The notes beneath the pieces are model-generated. The model was not told the DNA's origin and ran no database searches. It worked only from the letters and a program-made list of their open reading frames with translations. The position numbers were made by a program, and so were the translations under genes. Below, in pieces: positions 26,972 to 33,276 of a DNA stretch of 33,276 bases. Within the stretch, counting starts at the first letter, position 1; each line of letters opens with the position of its first letter. Source of the stretch: Ructibacterium sp. (GTDB lineage: Bacteria > Bacillota > Clostridia > Monoglobales > Monoglobaceae); the NCBI GenBank assembly GCA_045544295.1, contig JAZPYU010000165.1, positions 1 through 33,276 of the forward strand, in the 5' to 3' direction.

Positions 26972-28351
26972 ATGAAACGGATCCTGATGATTTTATTGGC
27001 GATCAGCGTGCTTTTGTCCGGTTTGTTTTTGCCGGCATATGCTTATGAACCAAGTTTTTGGGCAGAAGATGCGGTAAACGGAGCCATGCGCCTTAGCATT
27101 ATCTCTGATATATATGCAACGAAGTCTTATCAAAATCCGATTTCCCGTGGTGATTTTGTGAACGTTGCGGTAAACCTTTATGCAACCATCACGGCGGAGA
27201 ATGTGTCTACCCATTCCAGAAATCCTTTTACCGATACCAGTGACCCGTTCCCCAATATGGCCTATTATGCCGGCCTTGTCAGCGGTGATGGGGAGGGGCA
27301 TTTCTTCCCGTTGGGTACGTTAACCCGTCAGGAAATGTGTAAGATTATTACCGGACTTTTGGATTCTGCCGGTGTGCTTGGCCCTTACTTCCCGTCAGAA
27401 CACGTTTTTGATGGTGTGGGTGATGCGAATGAGATTGCATCCTGGGCAAAAAATCACGTGGCCTTTATGCTGGATAATAATTTGATGGCGGGGGATGAAA
27501 AAGGTTACTTCCACCCGACAGAGCCTGTAACCAGAGAAGAAGCGGCAATCATTGCCTATCGTTGTTTCATTCGCTACGGACGGGATTTTGACGGAGAAAT
27601 CAAAACATCCCTTAGACAGACCAAAGATGCCAAAGGCAATACCATTCAGACTTTGGTGAAGACCATTACATTGAAAAATGGTGCAACGGTTGCTCTTGCC
27701 AATGCCAATAACCCGGATTCTCAGGGCGGTTCTTCCGGAAACAGCGGCATCTCCGGTGTTGCACCAAGCGGTACGCCTCTTGCCGTCAAGGGTGAGGATG
27801 GACTGTATCGTTTAAAAACTTATTCAGAGACCTTAGCCTCCGGTGAGGCAGATGAAAAAGAAGCCCGCATCTTCGGGGATGGTCCCAAATATACCTCTGC
27901 CACAGAAGCGGACGCCCATATGAGTGAAGTTACCGTCAAAGTCTGGAAGATGGACAAAGATGAAAAATATGTTCCTTCCACTTTAACCTTCCGGATTAAC
28001 ACCGTGCTGAAAGATGATGTCATTGCTATTTTTGATGAGATTTATAATGCACCGGTGAAAGCACCGCTGAAAGATGTCAATGCCTATGCATGGCGGAACG
28101 CCATGTCCAGCGGAACCTATTCCGACCATAACTATGGCACCGCTATTGACTTAAATTATAATGAAAACTATTGTATCTATGCCAGCGGCACCGTGGTGGG
28201 AACCTTCTATGACCCCGCAAACTCGGTATATTCTTTCCCCAAAGACGGGGTCGTGGTACAGACCTTTGCAAAATACGGTTGGCTCTGGGGCGGCAACGCT
28301 TGGGTCAGCGGCACCGTAGACCATATGCATTTCAGTTATTTAGGTAAATAA
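26972..28351 (+). CDS. Secreted SLH-domain protein with C-terminal M15 peptidase domain
   Basis: Signal peptide; three SLH-like repeats (ISRGDF, LTRQEM, VTREEA); G/S linker; SDHNYGTAID (SxHxxGxAxD) and WGG.W...DHMHF. Confidence 0.85.
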   Translation: MKRILMILLAISVLLSGLFLPAYAYEPSFWAEDAVNGAMRLSIISDIYATKSYQNPISRGDFVNVAVNLYATITAENVSTHSRNPFTDTSDPFPNMAYYAGLVSGDGEGHFFPLGTLTRQEMCKIITGLLDSAGVLGPYFPSEHVFDGVGDANEIASWAKNHVAFMLDNNLMAGDEKGYFHPTEPVTREEAAIIAYRCFIRYGRDFDGEIKTSLRQTKDAKGNTIQTLVKTITLKNGATVALANANNPDSQGGSSGNSGISGVAPSGTPLAVKGEDGLYRLKTYSETLASGEADEKEARIFGDGPKYTSATEADAHMSEVTVKVWKMDKDEKYVPSTLTFRINTVLKDDVIAIFDEIYNAPVKAPLKDVNAYAWRNAMSSGTYSDHNYGTAIDLNYNENYCIYASGTVVGTFYDPANSVYSFPKDGVVVQTFAKYGWLWGGNAWVSGTVDHMHFSYLGK

Positions 28352-28355
28352 TACT

Positions 28356-28387
28356 AAAAAAGCACTTGCAATTGCAAGTGCTTTTTT
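28356..28387. terminator. Bidirectional terminator between the SLH gene and tRNA-Arg
   Basis: Palindrome AAAAAAGCACTTGCAATTGCAAGTGCTTTTTT. Confidence 0.85.
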
Positions 28388-28389
28388 CT

Positions 28390-28466
<77 letters not shown>

Positions 28467-28485
28467 ATATTGAAACAACTATTGC

Positions 28486-28514
28486 ATTATAGCACGTTCT
28501 TTAAGAAAAAGCAA
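28486..28514 (-). promoter_or_regulatory. Promoter of tRNA-Arg
   Basis: Minus strand TTGCTT-17 bp-TATAAT with extended TG. Confidence 0.7.
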
Positions 28515-28532
28515 GACTTTTTTGAAAAAAAT

Positions 28533-28835
28533 TTAAAACAGTTGTTCAAATAGGAAAACCGCACCACAAGCCGCCGCCGCAACCGCTAAAAGACTCTTTT
28601 CCTTGTACGCAAGAAAAGAACCGACCAAAAGCCCTGCCATGGCAGAACCCATACTGTCAGTAGCATAGAGGATATCCGGCAGGGTCATCGCCCCTAAAAC
28701 TGCATAGGGAACGTATTTTAAAAAGGAACGGATATAAATATTCGTGATATCTTTCCGGAACAAAGTAAGAGGCAATGCCCTGATAATATAAGTGACCAGC
28801 GCCATCACAGCAATGGATAAAACTAATCGTTGCAC
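28533..28835 (-). CDS. azlD: AzlD-family branched-chain amino acid exporter small subunit
   Basis: GTG 28835 after GAGGAGG; VTYIIRALP...FLKYVPYAVLGAM; overlaps azlC. Confidence 0.88.
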   Translation of the reverse strand: MQRLVLSIAVMALVTYIIRALPLTLFRKDITNIYIRSFLKYVPYAVLGAMTLPDILYATDSMGSAMAGLLVGSFLAYKEKSLLAVAAAACGAVFLFEQLF

Positions 28836-29548
28836 AAGGTTTCCTCCTCTCTTTCCGGGAAGAAAGCGGCACCCAGCGTTGCCGCAACCACCGAACAGAT
28901 AATAATCACAAACCCGCCGGAAACCTGATTGAGGCCGGGTACCCAACGGAACAAACAACTAAGGACCACCGCCAGAGCGGTAACAAAAAAGATGGGAAAA
29001 CTCTTTTTGGCAGGAGGAATGATAATGGCAAGAAACATCCCGTAAATGGCAACGCCCAAAGCGGATTGGATTCCGGCAGGAAGAATGCTCCCTGCCACAG
29101 CCCCTAAAATGGTTCCCAGGGACCAACCAAGATAAGGGGCGGTAATCAATCCTGCCATATAACGTCTGCCAATCTTCCCGGGCTTTGTGGAGGCCACGGC
29201 GAAAACTTCATCGGTAATACCAAAAGAGATAAAGAGTCGGGACAGGGTACCGATTCCTTTTTGCAGTTTTTGAGAAAGGGAGAGGGACATCAGGGCATAA
29301 CGAATGTTGATAACCAGTTGGGTCAGGGCAATTTCCAAATACCCTGCCATTGCCATAATGGTCTGGATACCCGCCACCTGCCCGGCAGAGGTTAAGTTTG
29401 TCATAGAAATCACAATAGCCACCCAAATGGGAATACCCGCCGATACTGCCATAACCCCAAAAGAAAAGGAGACAGAAAGATAGCCAAGCCCAATGGGAAT
29501 TCCATCTTGAAACCCTTGGCCATAGCGGTTAATAAGCGTATCTTTCAT
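28823..29548 (-). CDS. azlC: AzlC-family permease
   Basis: GIPIGLGY, SAGQ, INIRY, FGITDEVF, W..GT..G. Confidence 0.92.
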   Translation of the reverse strand: MKDTLINRYGQGFQDGIPIGLGYLSVSFSFGVMAVSAGIPIWVAIVISMTNLTSAGQVAGIQTIMAMAGYLEIALTQLVINIRYALMSLSLSQKLQKGIGTLSRLFISFGITDEVFAVASTKPGKIGRRYMAGLITAPYLGWSLGTILGAVAGSILPAGIQSALGVAIYGMFLAIIIPPAKKSFPIFFVTALAVVLSCLFRWVPGLNQVSGGFVIIICSVVAATLGAAFFPEREEETLCND

Positions 29549-29664
29549 TTCTTTCTCCTTTCTTTTTGTTAAGACAAAATTCGTATGTTTTCACGAAATT
29601 TCCTCACAAATAATGTAATATGTCAACAAATTGTAATTTCTTTGTAATTTTTTGTTTTTTTCTA

Positions 29665-29693
29665 TTTACAAAATCGTAATATTATGCTATAAT
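29665..29693 (+). promoter_or_regulatory. veg promoter
   Basis: TTTACA-17 bp-TATAAT with extended TG. Confidence 0.75.
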
Positions 29694-29726
29694 AAATCCA
29701 TTGAATGAAAAGGGGTGTCCGGTACA

Positions 29727-29987
29727 ATGGTTCAGAACGATTTGGTAAAGATTAAGTCTGATTTGGCAGATAATATAGGAAGTAAGGTTCGCCTTACTGC
29801 TAAGAAAGGCAGAAAGCAAGTGGTGACCCGTGAAGGTGTTATTGAAGGTACATATCCCAGTATTTTTATTGTAAAACTGGACACGCCGGATGATTTCCTT
29901 GCCAATGACCGTAGAGTTTCTTACAGTTATGCAGACGTATTAACCAAATCGGTAGAATTGATTATCTGTGACCCCACCGAAGAATAA
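29727..29987 (+). CDS. veg: Veg-family protein
   Basis: IG.KV.L.AKKGRK...REG..EGTYPSIF.V...RVSYSYADVLT. Confidence 0.93.
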   Translation: MVQNDLVKIKSDLADNIGSKVRLTAKKGRKQVVTREGVIEGTYPSIFIVKLDTPDDFLANDRRVSYSYADVLTKSVELIICDPTEE

Positions 29988-30165
29988 ATACAAAAGACTT
30001 CTCTTGGGCGGTTGACCTAAGGGAAAAATCGGTTTTGAAATGTGATTTTCCATAAATACGGCAGCAAAAAATTTCGGAATACGTCATATTTCCGGAATTT
30101 TTTTCTTTTCCAAACAGTCATTATACACCCGTCTGCGGGAAAAAGCAAGAGGAAAGGAAAAACTC

Positions 30166-30194
30166 TTGACAAATGCAGGGTTTTGTGGTAGAAT
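30166..30194 (+). promoter_or_regulatory. Sigma-A promoter of the rimP-nusA-infB operon
   Basis: TTGACA-17 bp-TAGAAT with extended TG. Confidence 0.8.
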
Positions 30195-30220
30195 ATCCCC
30201 GTAAAGTTGATATTGGGCAT

Positions 30221-30252
30221 AAGAGTGAGGTTCCACCTCACTCTTTCTATTT
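30221..30252 (+). promoter_or_regulatory. rimP (ylxS) leader attenuator hairpin
   Basis: AAGAGTGAGG-ttcca-CCTCACTCTT plus TCTATTT just upstream of rimP, resembling the known GAGTG..CACTC rimP leader. Confidence 0.75.
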
Positions 30253-30266
30253 AAAGGAGGGTAGAT

Positions 30267-30728
30267 ATGGCATATTCTAAGGTAGAGCAGGCGGTGCTTC
30301 TTTTGGCGGCGCCCATTGCAGAAAAAGAGGGATGTTTCCTCTATGATGTGGAATATTTAAAAGAGGGCGGCATCTGGTTCTTGCGTGTCTATGCGGATAA
30401 AGACGGCGGAATTTCTTTGGATGAGTGTGAGGTCATCAGCCGTGCCCTCAGCGAGGAACTTGACAAAAATGACCCCATTGACCGGAACTATTATTTAGAG
30501 GTATCTTCTCCCGGTATTGAGAGAAAACTGAAAACCAAGGAACATTTTGACCGGTATATAGGAGAAACCATTGACCTTGGTCTTTACAAAGCCATTGCCG
30601 GCAGCAAGCAACTGACGGGAACCTTAGTTGCCTTTGACGGGCAGGACATTACGGTGGAAGTAAACGGAGAAGAAATCATCATTCCCCAAAAAGATACCAC
30701 CGTTGTCCATTTACATTTTGAATTTTAA
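30267..30728 (+). CDS. rimP: Ribosome maturation factor RimP
   Basis: LRVYAD..GGISLDECE.ISR and YYLEVSSPGIER. Confidence 0.96.
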   Translation: MAYSKVEQAVLLLAAPIAEKEGCFLYDVEYLKEGGIWFLRVYADKDGGISLDECEVISRALSEELDKNDPIDRNYYLEVSSPGIERKLKTKEHFDRYIGETIDLGLYKAIAGSKQLTGTLVAFDGQDITVEVNGEEIIIPQKDTTVVHLHFEF

Positions 30729-30763
30729 TAAACCATTTCATATAGAAAGGATTGATTAGAAAA

Positions 30764-31834
30764 ATGAGTTCTGAATTATTTGAATCATTAGAATTGTTAG
30801 AAGAAGAGAAAGGTATCAGCCGTGACGTGATTTTAGATGCCCTGGAAAATGCATTGATTTCTGCGTATCGGAAACACTATGGTGCAGCCCAGGATGTTAG
30901 CGTGATTTTTGACGAGAAAACCGGCGGTATCCGGATGATTGCCCGGAAAGAGGTTGTCAAAGAGGTAGAGGATAAAGAAACCCAGATTACCTTAGAAGAG
31001 GCAAAACTGATTAACAGCAAGTACAAGGTAGGGGACATTGCAGAATTTGAGGCAACTCCTGCATCTTTCGGCCGTATTGCAGCACAGACTGCCCGTCAGG
31101 TGGTATTCCAGAGAATGCACGAGGCGGAAAGAGAAAAAATGGTCAGCGAATATTCTGACAGAGAGAACGATATTGCCAGTGCGGTGGTACGTCGGATTGA
31201 ACGCCGTAACGTAATGCTGGAAATCGAGAATGCAGAATCTGTTCTGATGCCTAACGAACAAGTTCGTGCCGATAACTACAAAGTAGGAGAACGTTATAAG
31301 GTTTTCGTGGTAGAAGTGGCGGACTCTGTCAAAGGGGTTCATCTAGTAGTTTCCCGTTCTCATCCGGGATTGGTGCGTCGTCTTTTAGAGTTGGAAGTAC
31401 CGGAAATTGATGAGGGTATCATTGAAATTAAAGCCCTCTCCCGTGAGGCGGGTTCCAGAAGTAAGATTGCCGTACATTCCAATAAGGAAAAGATTGACCC
31501 GGTAGGTACCTGTATCGGACCTAAGGGTATGCGTGTGCAGGAAGTTATTCGGGAACTTCGTGGTGAAAAAATTGATATTATCAAATACAGCGACAATCCG
31601 GCAGAATATGTTTCCAACGCCCTGAGCCCTGCCGACGTTCTTTCCATTGAGGTGGACGAGGATAACCGGATTTGCCGGGTGTTGGTTCCTGCAAGCCAAC
31701 TTTCTCTTGCCATCGGCAGAGAGGGGCAAAACGTTCGTCTGGCTGCCCGTCTTACCGGCTGGAAGATTGATTTAAGTGCAGCGCCGGAAGGTATGGAAAA
31801 AGTAGCAGAAGAAGAGGTAGCAGAAGAAGAATGA
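30764..31834 (+). CDS. nusA: Transcription termination factor NusA
   Basis: FGRIAAQTARQ, EVPEI, REAGSRSKIAV, LSLAIGREGQNVRLAARLTGWKID; start ATG 30764. Confidence 0.97.
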   Translation: MSSELFESLELLEEEKGISRDVILDALENALISAYRKHYGAAQDVSVIFDEKTGGIRMIARKEVVKEVEDKETQITLEEAKLINSKYKVGDIAEFEATPASFGRIAAQTARQVVFQRMHEAEREKMVSEYSDRENDIASAVVRRIERRNVMLEIENAESVLMPNEQVRADNYKVGERYKVFVVEVADSVKGVHLVVSRSHPGLVRRLLELEVPEIDEGIIEIKALSREAGSRSKIAVHSNKEKIDPVGTCIGPKGMRVQEVIRELRGEKIDIIKYSDNPAEYVSNALSPADVLSIEVDEDNRICRVLVPASQLSLAIGREGQNVRLAARLTGWKIDLSAAPEGMEKVAEEEVAEEE

Positions 31835-32088
31835 AACCGCTGAGAATGTGTATGGTTTGCCGTAATCGGGCAGAAAAAGAGGCGTTGGTTCGGATGGTAA
31901 AAAAGCCGGACGGGCGTATTGCTCTTGATGTAGAGGGAAAGATGCCGGGCAGAGGTGCATATCTTTGTAAAAAGAAAGAATGTATAGAGGTCGCCCAGAA
32001 AAAGCGGGCATTGGAACGGGCTTTTTCTCAGAAAATAGAACCGGAAGTCTATGACGCTTTGTGGGAGGTAACGGCAGATGAATGCTAA
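31831..32088 (+). CDS. ylxR: YlxR (RnpM) family protein
   Basis: PLRMCMVCR...GRGAYLC...C; canonical position. Confidence 0.93.
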   Translation: MKPLRMCMVCRNRAEKEALVRMVKKPDGRIALDVEGKMPGRGAYLCKKKECIEVAQKKRALERAFSQKIEPEVYDALWEVTADEC

Positions 32089-32374
32089 ATTCTGCGGAAT
32101 GTTGGGGCTTGCTATGCGGGCGGGGAACCTTGCCCTTGGCGAAGGCAAAGCATCCGATGTTGTCCGGGACGGAAAGTGTGAACTTTTACTTCTGGTAACC
32201 GATGCCGGTCCCAACACCGAAAAAAGGTTTTTGAATATGGCACAGTTTTATCAGGTTTTGGTTCTTCGCCCTTGTGGGAGAGAGGAACTGAGCGGTGCGA
32301 TAGGAAAACCCGCAGTTGTAGTGGCGGTTACCGATAACGGTTTTGCCAAGCAGTTACAAGCCTTGGCGGAATAA
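32078..32374 (+). CDS. ylxQ: L7Ae-family RNA-binding protein YlxQ
   Basis: LGLAMRAG.L..GE, DAGPNT.K, ELSGAIGK, VAVTD.GFA. Confidence 0.9.
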   Translation: MNAKFCGMLGLAMRAGNLALGEGKASDVVRDGKCELLLLVTDAGPNTEKRFLNMAQFYQVLVLRPCGREELSGAIGKPAVVVAVTDNGFAKQLQALAE

Positions 32375-32413
32375 AATTATTTTGACAGAAATTGCGAAAG
32401 GAGTGTATCGAAT

Positions 32414-33276
32414 ATGGAAAAAATCAGAGGATATGAACTTTCCAAAGCCTTTGGATTTCCCAGCAAGGAAATCGTAAAGGTGTTACATGATTATGGGGTA
32501 TCTGACAAAAATCATATGAGTGCCCTGACCGAGTATGAATTGGATGTAATTTTCGAATACTATACCCAGAAAAATCAGGTGGCTGATTTTTCAATGTATG
32601 ACCCTAAGCCGGAAGAAGTTGCGGTGGAAGAAAAACCCGTAAAAAAGGCAAAGAAATCGGAAGAAACGGGGATTGAAACAGAGGTAACCCCGGCAGAACC
32701 TCAGGAAATCGGCAGAAAGACCAGAACGGTGGACACCCGTGTCAGCACGGTGGACTTGGACCGCTTGGATGATGAAAAAATGGAAGAGTTAATCCCGGAG
32801 AACGTGCGGGATGCCGGCGGTGCCAAAAAGCAAAAGATTAACCAGAAGAAGAAGCAACAACAGGGAAAACAGCAGGGCGAAAAGAATAAAATGATGCAGG
32901 AAGAACTGCTGAAAAAGACCGAGAAGAAGAAAAAGGAAGAAAAAATCCATATCTTAATTCCGGAAGAAATTACAGTAGGAGAATTGGCAGAACGGATGCG
33001 GAAACCTGCTACTGAAATCATCAAAAAGTTGATGCTTTTGGGAATTATGGCGTCTGTCAACGAAAGCCTGGATTTTGATACTGCATCTTTGATTGCAGAA
33101 GAAATGGGCTGTACCTTTGAAAAGGAAATCATCTTAACCGATGAAGAAAAACTTTTCCAGGATGTAGAGGATGCGCCGGAAACCTTAAAACCCCGTGACC
33201 CGGTGGTTGTGGTTATGGGTCACGTTGACCATGGTAAAACTTCGTTGCTTGACACCATCCGTAACACCAATGTTAC
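32414..33276 (+). CDS. infB: Translation initiation factor IF-2 (3'-truncated by window edge)
   Basis: Not in the ORF track (no stop in window). MEKIRGYELSK...IPEEITVGELAE...RDPVVVVMGHVDHGKTSLLD in one frame. Confidence 0.97.
   Translation, partial: MEKIRGYELSKAFGFPSKEIVKVLHDYGVSDKNHMSALTEYELDVIFEYYTQKNQVADFSMYDPKPEEVAVEEKPVKKAKKSEETGIETEVTPAEPQEIGRKTRTVDTRVSTVDLDRLDDEKMEELIPENVRDAGGAKKQKINQKKKQQQGKQQGEKNKMMQEELLKKTEKKKKEEKIHILIPEEITVGELAERMRKPATEIIKKLMLLGIMASVNESLDFDTASLIAEEMGCTFEKEIILTDEEKLFQDVEDAPETLKPRDPVVVVMGHVDHGKTSLLDTIRNTNV

Overview
Chromosomal window from a low-GC Firmicute (Clostridia-like, judged from gene order and gene content). It contains the end of the spc operon and the alpha operon (rpsE to rplQ), split between infA and rpmJ by a CapA-family lipoprotein gene. 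Next come a ROK kinase, DUF421/DUF4363, a TudS-like protein, rnhA-iscS-iscU-mnmA-pcrA, a methyltransferase, mscL and a membrane protein. An accessory-looking segment (about 19480-23060) carries an Ldh_2 dehydrogenase, a malic enzyme and an orphan membrane gene. After it lie a CE7 esterase, an APC permease, an M18 peptidase, an SLH/M15 protein, tRNA-Arg(ACG), azlCD, veg and the rimP-nusA-ylxR-ylxQ-infB operon. The most unusual signal is non-coding. Directly behind a strong sigma-A promoter is a 178-nt element of 4 direct GCGATAT and 4 inverted ATATCGC repeats separated by small hairpins, which can fold into a chain of three perfect four-way junctions. A diverged relative lies 2.8 kb downstream. 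The intervening ldh/malic-enzyme block is bounded by a 34-bp direct repeat ending in TATAAT, which suggests a cassette-like arrangement. GTAG-type REP palindromes are also present, but no transposase or recombinase is encoded in the window. All calls were made by eye; no searches or folding programs were run.
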